Origin: a virus
Direction: 5' to 3' (one strand)
Length of the DNA: 64,000 nucleotides
Virus record (IMG/VR): IMGVR_UViG_3300005590_000001
Location: 64,001-128,000 of that record
The position numbers and the translations under genes were made by a program. Each line of letters begins with the position of its first letter. Position 1 is the stretch's first letter. The notes beneath the pieces were generated by a model that was given only the letters and a program-made list of their open reading frames with translations, made no database searches and had not been told where the DNA came from. This document shows positions 15,182 through 24,046 of this stretch, in pieces.

Positions 15182-15215
15182 AAAAAAGGCCATGTCACCT
15201 TATGATGACACAGCC
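15182..15215 (-). terminator. intrinsic terminator
   Basis: GGCTGTGTCATC-ATAA-GGTGACATGGCC-TTTTTT. Confidence 0.75.
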
Positions 15216-15245
15216 CTATCATTGTTCAACATCCTCTAAATTTTT

Positions 15246-15461
15246 TTACTCGTTTTGGTCCAAAGTCCTAAAAACAACTGATGATGTTTCATTATGTACA
15301 TACACAATGTCGCCACAGCCCCAACTTCCAGCCTTGATGACTTTGGACTCTTTGTATCCATCTTTTCCAATATAAGAAGTAACTTTGAGATCCTTTTTCA
15401 ACTCTTTCTTCGGAAATCTAGGTATTTTACGCATTTGCATCGGTCGCTTCCCCTTCCCCAA
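15246..15461 (-). CDS. small basic hypothetical protein
   Basis: Overlaps the upstream gene; start uncertain. Confidence 0.5.
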   Translation of the reverse strand: MGKGKRPMQMRKIPRFPKKELKKDLKVTSYIGKDGYKESKVIKAGSWGCGDIVYVHNETSSVVFRTLDQNE

Positions 15462-15864
15462 CGTTCATTGGGCTGCTATCGAGATCATATCCCGGAGAAT
15501 TACCGTCCCAATGAACGTTGTACCACTCATTTTTAGACATAATCTTCTCAGCCTGTGACTTTGATATGTTGTAACGTGCCATTAAGTCAGACACCTCACT
15601 GCCTCTAGCAGCAGAACGCCGTACTTTCTGGGCCTTACAAAACATAGAATAGCGATACTCTGCCTTCTCGGCCCGTGCTTTCGCGCGGACCTTCGAATCT
15701 GAAGTCCGCGCGCCTTTAATTACTGGTGTAGTCAAAGCTCTTTCACCAAGCCATCCACGTTTTGCACGCTTCACAAGTATATCTCTCGTGAGTTCAGGGT
15801 GAATTCGAGAATCTTCGAGCCAGTCCTCTATAGCCTTATCTGCACCAAATGCTTGCAAGTTCAT
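15427..15864 (-). CDS. putative DNA-binding (HTH) protein
   Basis: EDW......L..R..RGW..ERALTTP helix motif seen in phage HNH DNA-binding tails, plus C-terminal DLMARYNISKSQAEKI HTH. Confidence 0.5.
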   Translation of the reverse strand: MNLQAFGADKAIEDWLEDSRIHPELTRDILVKRAKRGWLGERALTTPVIKGARTSDSKVRAKARAEKAEYRYSMFCKAQKVRRSAARGSEVSDLMARYNISKSQAEKIMSKNEWYNVHWDGNSPGYDLDSSPMNVGEGEATDANA

Positions 15865-16009
15865 CTTTTCTCCTAATTATTTTATAAAAATTTACCGAAA
15901 GTAAGAAAATCGTAAATATTTTAAAAATTTCGGGTAATAATAAGTGTACGGCGATTCGGACATCTGCCGACTACAAATAATTACGCAAATTTTCAGGAGA
16001 ATATTAAAA

Positions 16010-16162
16010 ATGTCCGCAAAAATTATTTATGGTAACGTTGAACTGGTTATACAGGAAACCCCAGAACTAGAGCGAAGCGTAGCTTCGGACTTACAGAGAG
16101 AAGATGAAAGAAGTGATGATGAACGAGAACGAGCTATTACGTCTAACACAGTACGTAGCTGA
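16010..16162 (+). CDS. small hypothetical protein
   Basis: AGGAG RBS before MSAKII. Confidence 0.5.
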   Translation: MSAKIIYGNVELVIQETPELERSVASDLQREDERSDDERERAITSNTVRS

Positions 16163-16580
16163 ACAACTTAAGCATACCTTTACATTTGATATTTACGATA
16201 GTGATGATATTGAGCAAGAAGTATACTTTCTTATATTGGAAGCAGCACGAAAATATGATTCGGCGAAATCCACCCCGGAACAATTCTTTTATCACTTTGT
16301 ACGCAATAGATTGATAACATTGAAAAGAGATCGTTACTTCAATGAGCAAAGCGCTGAGAACAAGAAACGGCTGATGACCGCCGGGAGTCTTTCTATTGAT
16401 GTAGAGGATGAGCATAAATTGTTCGCCGATACTAATTTCTTAAATATTGTAGATGAGAAAATAGTGGCAAATTTACGCGAAGATTTTTTAAGAATGAAAG
16501 ACGGCGTTTCTATTCCACATCATTCACGGCAAAAGGTACTAGCTGCTATGAGAGTAATCGCTGAATCGGAGGAAGTGTAG
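16104..16580 (+). CDS. sigma70 region-2-like factor (putative late sigma)
   Basis: DDIEQEVYFLILEAARKYDSAKS..EQFFYHFVRNRL resembles sigma region 2 (DL.QE..L..A..FD....F.....RN). Confidence 0.65.
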   Translation: MKEVMMNENELLRLTQYVAEQLKHTFTFDIYDSDDIEQEVYFLILEAARKYDSAKSTPEQFFYHFVRNRLITLKRDRYFNEQSAENKKRLMTAGSLSIDVEDEHKLFADTNFLNIVDEKIVANLREDFLRMKDGVSIPHHSRQKVLAAMRVIAESEEV

Positions 16581-17440
16581 TGTCAATTAAAAAAGGGCGA
16601 ATGACGGATGAGGAAAAACGGCAGATAGAAAAATTGATTCCATATCACACATATGAAGAAGTCGGAGTTAAATTAAACCGTAGTCCTAATACTGTTCGCC
16701 GATACTGTCAACGTAATGGGATCACGCGGGACAAAGTTTCTAACGAAAAGAATATTGAAACGAAGATTAAAGAATCGGCACAATTTGCTCCTTTAGCTAA
16801 ACAAATGGGTTCCGCCGAAATAGATGCCGTCATTAATATTTATGAACAAATGATGCGGCAATTTGGATCAGATGTTACTTTCTCAGAAGAGCAGCAGATT
16901 TTAGACTATGCTAAGGCCGCTTGTCTTTTAGATAGAGCTATGACGCGCGAATTAGTATTACTGCAAGATATAGAGAAAATGACCAAAGAGGTACAATCCC
17001 TTGAAGCTTCCTTATCTAAGTTAAAACAAGGAACGCGCGATGATGATTTCGACGAACAAGAAGATTTATTGATGGAAAAGATTGATAGCGCTAACATTGA
17101 GAAAGCAACTGCTCAAGATGAATTAAAAACTATTCGTGCTAATCAAAATACTTTTTTCAAAATTAAACAAGATCTCTTAGATAAGATGAATTCTACTCGT
17201 AAAGCAAGGGCAAGCGAGTTGACAAAGGCTAATGAGTCCCTAGCTGATCAATTAGCATACATGCAAAAGAATCCGGCGTACCGCCGGGAATTAGGATTAA
17301 AGATGGAAAAGAATAGGCTGGGTATGAAAGAAGAATATATACGATTGTCTGAATTATATAAGTATCCTGATGGTATGGAAGACCGGCCGGTATTGAATTC
17401 AGAAATAGTTGAAGAATTAAAGAAAGAAGGCAAATTATGA
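16580..17440 (+). CDS. HTH/coiled-coil protein, candidate terminase small subunit
   Basis: N-terminal YEEVGVKLNRSPNTVRRY HTH, long coiled coil, position upstream of TerL. Confidence 0.45.
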   Translation: MSIKKGRMTDEEKRQIEKLIPYHTYEEVGVKLNRSPNTVRRYCQRNGITRDKVSNEKNIETKIKESAQFAPLAKQMGSAEIDAVINIYEQMMRQFGSDVTFSEEQQILDYAKAACLLDRAMTRELVLLQDIEKMTKEVQSLEASLSKLKQGTRDDDFDEQEDLLMEKIDSANIEKATAQDELKTIRANQNTFFKIKQDLLDKMNSTRKARASELTKANESLADQLAYMQKNPAYRRELGLKMEKNRLGMKEEYIRLSELYKYPDGMEDRPVLNSEIVEELKKEGKL

Positions 17441-18465
17441 AAATTTTAATTACCGGCGTTACAGGTCAAGTCGGTGCTTTGGCAGCTAAAAGATATTTAG
17501 ATAATAAACATACCGTTGTAGGTTTACATAGACGCTCATCTAATATGTGGCGTTTAAAGGAATTAGGAATTTCGCCGATTTTAGAATCGGGTGATATCAC
17601 CGATGCTACCTCTATGTTTAATATTATCAATAATCACCGGCCGACTGTAATTTTTAATACGGCCGCCGCTTCTCATGTCGGCGAATCTTTCAAAACTCCC
17701 GATGTAGCATTACAGCACACAGGAGCCGCCGTTCTCAATCTATTGGAAAGTGTACGCAAGGTCGGTGATTGGTATCGGCCGATAATAGTTCATTGCAGTT
17801 CTTCCGAGATGTTTGGTTCTAACTTTTCCTTTGTAAATCAGGAAGGTAAACTTGAGCATTCCAATTTAGATTTGCTAGCCAACAAACAACTGCCGAATGG
17901 TGCTTTTCAAGATGAAAATACACCTTTAGCTGCTAACTCTCCATATGCAGCTGCAAAAATTTATGCTCACAATATATGTGATTTATATAGGCGTTCATAT
18001 GGGATGCATATTATCACACCAATCTTTTTTAATATGGAATCATCTTTAAGAACAGAGGATTTTGTTACCCGTAAAATTACTTCTTATATCGGTAAATTAG
18101 AAGCTGGGTTAACAAACAATTTTTTATTCTTAGGAAATCTTGATGCTAGGAGAGACTGGTCTCATGTTAATGACAGTCTAACCGCTGTAGATTTAATGAT
18201 AGAAAAACAAAAATTTGAAGATTTTGTTGTTTGTTCTGAAAAAACACATACCATTAAAGAATTTTGTAATCAAGCATTTGGGCTTGTCAATAAAAATTAT
18301 ATGGATTATGTCAGAGTTAGTGAAAAGTTTTTCCGTCCGTGTGAAGTTCCGTATTTATTAGGATCTTCTAAAAAGTTAAAAAGTTTAGGATGGACTCAAG
18401 AAAATACTTTTGATGATTTAGTTCAAGAAATGGTACAAACTGATGTACGAAGAAGTGGGAAATAA
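17437..18465 (+). CDS. gmd: GDP-mannose 4,6-dehydratase
   Basis: ITGVTGQVG, SHVGESF..P, SSSEMFG, SPYAAAK, FVTRKIT, LGNLDARRDW, FRPCEV. Confidence 0.93.
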   Translation: MKILITGVTGQVGALAAKRYLDNKHTVVGLHRRSSNMWRLKELGISPILESGDITDATSMFNIINNHRPTVIFNTAAASHVGESFKTPDVALQHTGAAVLNLLESVRKVGDWYRPIIVHCSSSEMFGSNFSFVNQEGKLEHSNLDLLANKQLPNGAFQDENTPLAANSPYAAAKIYAHNICDLYRRSYGMHIITPIFFNMESSLRTEDFVTRKITSYIGKLEAGLTNNFLFLGNLDARRDWSHVNDSLTAVDLMIEKQKFEDFVVCSEKTHTIKEFCNQAFGLVNKNYMDYVRVSEKFFRPCEVPYLLGSSKKLKSLGWTQENTFDDLVQEMVQTDVRRSGK

Positions 18466-18466
18466 A

Positions 18467-18637
18467 ATGAACAGCAATATGCATATATTTAAGGGGACAA
18501 TTGACTTGTGCCTCAAGATGATTCAAGAATTGCAATCATCTAAGCAAGCTCGCTTAGTTGGTTTGGTAGAAGATTGCTCTTCTGGTAATAATTATGTTTT
18601 AATGTATCGAAACCCAAAAGAAATTCATGTGAAATAG
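18467..18637 (+). CDS. small hypothetical protein
   Basis: Fills the gap in the operon. Confidence 0.5.
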   Translation: MNSNMHIFKGTIDLCLKMIQELQSSKQARLVGLVEDCSSGNNYVLMYRNPKEIHVK

Positions 18638-18642
18638 AAAGA

Positions 18643-19371
18643 ATGGATTGGCTAGATTTTAGTATAAATCAAAATAATATTGGTATTCTTATTGGTACTT
18701 TGGGCTCTGCTTGGGCCGCATGGTTAACTTTTAAGAATAAACAAGGTGTTAACGTAGTTAACAAATTTGAATTATTATTAGAATCGGAGTCTAAATTAAT
18801 TGCCACTTTATGTAGTGAGATGGAAAACTTAAAAAAAGAACTTTTCGAATCACAAAAAGAAATTAATGGTTTAAATATTTTATTACTAACCGAACGTGAA
18901 AAATTAATACATTTGAATCATTTGGTAAATTCACAATTTAATTCTATTAAGGCACTACAAAAATTTTGTGAATATATTCCAACTCCAACTTGGTTAAAAA
19001 AGCCACCTAATTTAGAGGCGGGTGAAGAATATTCACGTATGTTGTTTATTAATCAAGCTTATGAAGAACAGTGGCATATTTCTAAACAATCTTATATAAA
19101 TAAAACGGATATTGAGCTCTGGCCAAAAGTAGTAGCGGATTTGTTTGCCGTAAATGATTTGGAGGTTGCGAATAAATGTATAAGTATTATCACTAAAGAG
19201 CTTGTTCCGCTTAAACCATTTGAAAAGTCTAACAACTCTGAAATGAAAGAGTGGTTAATATGGAAATTTCCTGTAATGATAGACGATACAATAACTGTTG
19301 GAGGCATAGCAATTGACCTTGAAAACAAAAACTTTAAACAGAACTATATTCTTCCACCAAGAGGAGAATGA
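18643..19371 (+). CDS. membrane-anchored coiled-coil + PAS-domain protein
   Basis: N-terminal TM helix; IP.P.WLK....LFINQAYE........INKTD.ELWP..A..F..ND..V ... WKFPV......VGGIAID is a PAS_4-like pattern. Confidence 0.7.
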   Translation: MDWLDFSINQNNIGILIGTLGSAWAAWLTFKNKQGVNVVNKFELLLESESKLIATLCSEMENLKKELFESQKEINGLNILLLTEREKLIHLNHLVNSQFNSIKALQKFCEYIPTPTWLKKPPNLEAGEEYSRMLFINQAYEEQWHISKQSYINKTDIELWPKVVADLFAVNDLEVANKCISIITKELVPLKPFEKSNNSEMKEWLIWKFPVMIDDTITVGGIAIDLENKNFKQNYILPPRGE

Positions 19372-19888
19372 CGGTTGCTCGGTTGATTATAAAACCGTTT
19401 CAAATTTTATTAAAGATTTATATGAGCTTAATTTAGAAAATTCTAAACCTATTGACATATATTTGATTAATGTTGATGGTGGTGATTGGGGTTTTGGCAT
19501 GAGCATGTATTCTGATATACGTAATAGTGATTCCCCAATTACTATTTATGGTTCTGGCCTAATAGGAAGTATGGGTACAATTATTATGCAAGCTGCTGGT
19601 TTAAGATTTTTATGTAAGGATACATTTTATCTAGTACATACCGGTAGTTTTTCTTTTGACGGAGAAGCTAAGTGTGGTATAGCTTGGGCGGAATTAAATA
19701 AATTGATGTATAAAAAAATGATTGAAATATATGCAGCACGATGCATAAATGGAGAATATTTTAAAGAACGTAGTTCATCTTTGAGTAAAGTTAAAAGTTA
19801 TTTAGATCAAAAAATTAAAACAAAGACAGATTGGTATATGACAGCTGAGGAAGCTGTGTATATGGGATTTGCTGACGGAATTTACTAA
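19313..19888 (+). CDS. clpP: ClpP-like serine protease (S14)
   Basis: I.IYL.N..GG, GLIGSMGTII, LVH, DWYMTAEEAVYMGFAD; Ser-His-Asp triad present. Confidence 0.85.
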   Translation: MTLKTKTLNRTIFFHQEENDGCSVDYKTVSNFIKDLYELNLENSKPIDIYLINVDGGDWGFGMSMYSDIRNSDSPITIYGSGLIGSMGTIIMQAAGLRFLCKDTFYLVHTGSFSFDGEAKCGIAWAELNKLMYKKMIEIYAARCINGEYFKERSSSLSKVKSYLDQKIKTKTDWYMTAEEAVYMGFADGIY

Positions 19889-20850
19889 TGGCGAAAAAAC
19901 GGCGCGGACGTAGGCGTAAATTATACAAACCTTCAACTCTTAAAGAATTGAAGTTGAATAGCAATAAGCGGCGTTATAATAAACGTTATCTTATGACCCG
20001 TAATAAGGTTTTGGCCCGAGATAACTTTACATGCCAACTTTGTGGACTGAAGGGTGTTAAGCTTGAGGTTCACCATATTCAATTGTATTCAAAGCACGTT
20101 TCTCTTCGCCGTAATCGCCGTAATCTTATATCTTTGTGTAAACAATGTCACGATGATATTAAAAATAAGGAAACATACTACAAGCCTATATTTCAAGCTA
20201 AGGTTGCCCGTAATACACGCCTTTATCGTCAGCGGAAAATTACACATGAAGAGCGAATGAAAGAATTAAGAAAGCACCAAGAACTCCCAAATAGTTTCGC
20301 CGAATACGAATATTTAGATCCTAATAAAGTTACTAAACAAAAGTATGAAGAACATTATTTACGCAAAACATGGCGTGGAATGAAATATCGAACCATGAAT
20401 AAGAATAGTAAATCATATGAGAGATATGGCGGTAGGGGCATTAAGATCTTCAAAGCTTGGTTAGATTTTGATACTTTCCGTCAATATGTCGAAACCCACT
20501 TGGGTGATCGGCCGAATGGATATTCTATTGATAGAATTGATAATGACGGCGATTACAGACCCGGAAATATTCGGTGGGGTACAAATGAAGTACAGGGTCA
20601 AAATAGAGACACTACAGTTTTAGATGAAGCAATGGCGTCCGCCATCTTCATTTTATATCATAAATATCATTTAAAACAAGTAAGAATTGCTGAAAAGATG
20701 GGGTTAAATAGTCCTACTATTATTTCGAATGTCACACGATTTAAAACTTGGCAAAATGTAACTCATAAATACATTTCAATTGTTAAGAAAAAATCGTTGA
20801 AAGAACAAATAGCAATTTACAAACAAGAAATAAAACATCAAATATCATGA
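19888..20850 (+). CDS. HNH endonuclease with two nuclease-like domains
   Basis: RDNFTCQLC..LEVHHI..NLISLCKQCH and YGGRGI...SIDRIDNDGDY.PGNIRW. Confidence 0.85.
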   Translation: MAKKRRGRRRKLYKPSTLKELKLNSNKRRYNKRYLMTRNKVLARDNFTCQLCGLKGVKLEVHHIQLYSKHVSLRRNRRNLISLCKQCHDDIKNKETYYKPIFQAKVARNTRLYRQRKITHEERMKELRKHQELPNSFAEYEYLDPNKVTKQKYEEHYLRKTWRGMKYRTMNKNSKSYERYGGRGIKIFKAWLDFDTFRQYVETHLGDRPNGYSIDRIDNDGDYRPGNIRWGTNEVQGQNRDTTVLDEAMASAIFILYHKYHLKQVRIAEKMGLNSPTIISNVTRFKTWQNVTHKYISIVKKKSLKEQIAIYKQEIKHQIS

Positions 20851-21527
20851 AGTTAGAAAATCAAAACTTTGGTAAACTTACTGTTATATCAAAAGATCCT
20901 AACAATAAAAATAATTGGATTTGTTTGTGCGCGTGTGGGAAACAAAAATCTATATATCAGGGGTCTTTGACCAGAAAAAGAGGTAATGTTACTTCGTGCG
21001 GATGTAATCCCAGTAGGAAACACAAGGATTTAACAGGTCGTACTTTTCATTATTGGACAGTAATCAATATACAAACTAAACGTAGAAACAGAATGATCTA
21101 CTGGAATTGTCGCTGTAAGTGTGGTGTGGAAAGATCCGTAAGAGCTGGTGATTTATTAAATAATACATCTAAATCTTGCGGATGTTGGAATCTTGAAGCA
21201 GCTTCGAAAAAATGGAGTAAAGAAAAAAATCCATCATGGAATCCCGATCTATCTAATGAAGAACGTTTACAGAAAAGAAATATTAATGAATTTAGAAATT
21301 GGCGGAAAGCTATTTATCATAGGGACAATTACACTTGTCAAAAATGTTTTCAACAAGGTGGATCTTTAAATGCTCATCATCTTGATGGTTGGCATTGGTG
21401 CGTAGATCGTAGATTTGATATTGATAATGGTGTTACTCTTTGTCGTTTGTGTCATTTAAAATTTCATAAACGTTTCGGTCGCAAAAACAACACCAAAGAA
21501 CAATTTAATAGGTTTATTAATGTTTAA
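20847..21527 (+). CDS. HNH homing endonuclease
   Basis: Two G.LTV...W.C.C.CG...SCGC repeats plus RDNYTCQKC..HH..NGVTLCRLCH. Confidence 0.88.
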   Translation: MKLENQNFGKLTVISKDPNNKNNWICLCACGKQKSIYQGSLTRKRGNVTSCGCNPSRKHKDLTGRTFHYWTVINIQTKRRNRMIYWNCRCKCGVERSVRAGDLLNNTSKSCGCWNLEAASKKWSKEKNPSWNPDLSNEERLQKRNINEFRNWRKAIYHRDNYTCQKCFQQGGSLNAHHLDGWHWCVDRRFDIDNGVTLCRLCHLKFHKRFGRKNNTKEQFNRFINV

Positions 21528-21984
21528 ATTAATCGTAGATACTAGGGAAAAAAAGCCGTTTGATTTTATCGGCATACATAATAGAACTATTTCCCGTAAA
21601 CTAGATACCGGCGATTATTCTATTGAGGGATACGAAGATAAGATAACTATCGACCGTAAAGCTACAAGCGCCGAATTAGCAATTTGTTTAGGATCTGCTA
21701 AAGTTAGATTCTATAAGGAATTAGAAAGGATGAGAAGTTTTGACGAAGCTTATATTGTCTGCGCTTTTCCACTTTCTCACATTCATTGCTTTCCTACGCA
21801 TTCAGGAATCCCTCGCAAATTCCAACGCAGAGTTAGGATTAAACCTGCTTTTCTACTTAAAAGTATTAGAGAGATTGAAGAAGAATACGGCGTCGAGTTT
21901 ATCTTTTGTGAAGATAGAGATATGGCCGAATACGAAACTTACAGTATATTAAAAAACTATTATGAGAATAACCAAAGACGTTAA
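21520..21984 (+). CDS. ERCC4-domain nuclease
   Basis: IVDTREK, LDTGDYSI, IDRK. Confidence 0.82.
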   Translation: MFKLIVDTREKKPFDFIGIHNRTISRKLDTGDYSIEGYEDKITIDRKATSAELAICLGSAKVRFYKELERMRSFDEAYIVCAFPLSHIHCFPTHSGIPRKFQRRVRIKPAFLLKSIREIEEEYGVEFIFCEDRDMAEYETYSILKNYYENNQRR

Positions 21985-24025
21985 AAGTAAACTAAAAGGA
22001 ACATTCCTCTATAACAAGACTAGTAATGAAATTATAGAGAAGATTAAAGGTGATGCTAGGTGGAACATTCTCGCCGATGACGATTCCTTGTATAATCCTC
22101 TCTTTAATTTACCGGATGAGGGTATGGAAGATTTTGCGAGGTATGTATCGTATTTAATGTCTCACCCGGATTATTTTTATTTAATGATTCGTTTATTATT
22201 TAATATGGATTCATATCCATTTCAATGTATGATTATTCGAGAAATGTACAATCACCGTTTCCCGATGTTAATCGGTTCTCGTGGTATGGCTAAAACAAGC
22301 ACGCTGGCTTTATATACCATTATTAGAATGATTACAATTCCCGGCACAAAAGGCGTTGTTACTGGTGCTGGTTTCAGACAAGCAAAACTGGTCTTTGAGT
22401 ATATTGAAAATGTCTGGAATAGATCGGCAGCTCTAAGATCAATTTATAAAGGTGGTAAAAATGGACCGGTACACGGGGCAGACGCTTGGTCTTTTCGTCT
22501 TGGTGAGTCTATTGTGTGGGCTTTACCTGTTGGCCATGACGGTAGTAAAATTCGTGGGTATCGTGCTAACTTCCTTATCAGTGACGAATTTGCGTCGATG
22601 AATAAAACGGTCTTCGAAGAAGTTATCTCTCCGTTCCTTTCCGTATCTTCAGACCCAATCGGACAAATGGACCATGAAAAGAGTCTTAAGGTGTTTAAAC
22701 ATCTTGGTGCAGATATCAGTGAAAAGGATCTCGTGAATGATATTTTACAGAACCAATTAATTCTTAGTGGTACGGCATATTATAAGTTTAATCACTTTTA
22801 TGAATATTTTGCTAAATGGCACCGAATTTTAATGACCGGCGGAGATCCTGAGAAACTCGAAGAAATATTTGGAGATGATGCATCTGCTAGTCATAATTGG
22901 AAAGATTATTCCTTACTCCGTATTCCTGTTGGTCTTGTTCCAGAAGGTTTCTTAGATAAGTCTCAGATTCAGCGTATTAGAACTCATACGGCAAAAGATG
23001 TTTTCCTTAGAGAGTATGGAGCTTGTTTTGTAGATGATAGTGATGGATTTTATAGACAAAGTCTTATTCAGAATTGCACCGTTACTCCTGACAAAAAAAT
23101 AGAGATTGATGGAGCCGAAGTTAAATTCTCACCCATGTTATACGGCGATCCTCAAAAACGTTATGTCTTTGGTATTGATCCCGCATACGAGGGTGATAAT
23201 TTTGCCATTGTTGTTCTTGAAGTTGAAGAACACTACCGCAAGATAGTACATGTATGGACTACACAAAGCAAAGATCATAGACAAAGACTTAAGGATGGTG
23301 TGATTACCGAAGTTGATTATTTCTATTATTGTGTTAGAAAAATCCGTGATTTGATGTCACGTTTTCCTTGTGCTTATATCGCTATGGATACATTTGGTGG
23401 TGGTAAAGCAATTATGGAAGCTTTCCGCGATACCAGCAGAGCTAAAGAAGGTGAGCGCGCTATCCTGCCAGTGAAAGATCTTGATAATAAACCTGTGGAA
23501 ACAGACTTTATTGTCGGCGACCATATTCTTCATATGATTACTCCTACCTCAGAATGGAACGAGACGGCTTATCATGATCTTAAGAAAGATATGGAAGCCA
23601 GAACTATTCTATTTCCTTATGATGATAACTTAAATGCAGGTTTGGCCGAATACTATGATGAGTCTTTAGGAGAGGCTAAAACACTTTATGATACTTTGGG
23701 TGATTGTGTTTATGAAATAGAAGAGCTTAAAAAAGAATTAACTACGATTATGATTGTAGAAACTCCAGCTGGACGCACAAAGTTTGTTATCGCTGGTGAT
23801 CAGCTTAGCACAGGAACTAAAAAAACAGACTTACATAAAGACCGTGTTTCGGCTTTAATTATGGCTAATTATGTTGCGCGCAATTTTTCTTCTTCGTCTG
23901 CCCGTCCAATTAACCCTGACGTGGGTACGATGCATGGGTTTCTACAACGCTCGGACAAGGGTACCATGTATTACGGCAGACCTGAAATCGCCGAAAAATT
24001 GAGCAACCTCTATAGAAATGTGTAA
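21962..24025 (+). CDS. terL: terminase large subunit
   Basis: Walker A GSRGMAKT, IRG + Walker B LISDE, motif III SGT, REY, nuclease GIDPA and C-terminal KDR.SA. Confidence 0.92.
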   Translation: MRITKDVKSKLKGTFLYNKTSNEIIEKIKGDARWNILADDDSLYNPLFNLPDEGMEDFARYVSYLMSHPDYFYLMIRLLFNMDSYPFQCMIIREMYNHRFPMLIGSRGMAKTSTLALYTIIRMITIPGTKGVVTGAGFRQAKLVFEYIENVWNRSAALRSIYKGGKNGPVHGADAWSFRLGESIVWALPVGHDGSKIRGYRANFLISDEFASMNKTVFEEVISPFLSVSSDPIGQMDHEKSLKVFKHLGADISEKDLVNDILQNQLILSGTAYYKFNHFYEYFAKWHRILMTGGDPEKLEEIFGDDASASHNWKDYSLLRIPVGLVPEGFLDKSQIQRIRTHTAKDVFLREYGACFVDDSDGFYRQSLIQNCTVTPDKKIEIDGAEVKFSPMLYGDPQKRYVFGIDPAYEGDNFAIVVLEVEEHYRKIVHVWTTQSKDHRQRLKDGVITEVDYFYYCVRKIRDLMSRFPCAYIAMDTFGGGKAIMEAFRDTSRAKEGERAILPVKDLDNKPVETDFIVGDHILHMITPTSEWNETAYHDLKKDMEARTILFPYDDNLNAGLAEYYDESLGEAKTLYDTLGDCVYEIEELKKELTTIMIVETPAGRTKFVIAGDQLSTGTKKTDLHKDRVSALIMANYVARNFSSSSARPINPDVGTMHGFLQRSDKGTMYYGRPEIAEKLSNLYRNV

Positions 24026-24027
24026 TA
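24016..24027 (+). promoter_or_regulatory. candidate late promoter AAWTGTGTAATW
   Basis: Same motif 18-38 nt before the portal, protease (26088-26099) and tail tube (41937-41948) starts. Confidence 0.55.
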
Positions 24028-24046
24028 GTTATTAACACGTACTTTA

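Noticed and set aside
9525-15200. CRISPR array or integron attC array
   Set aside because: Repeats are not regularly spaced with constant-length spacers, lack RYYYAAC/GTTRRRY ends, and no cas or intI gene is present in the window
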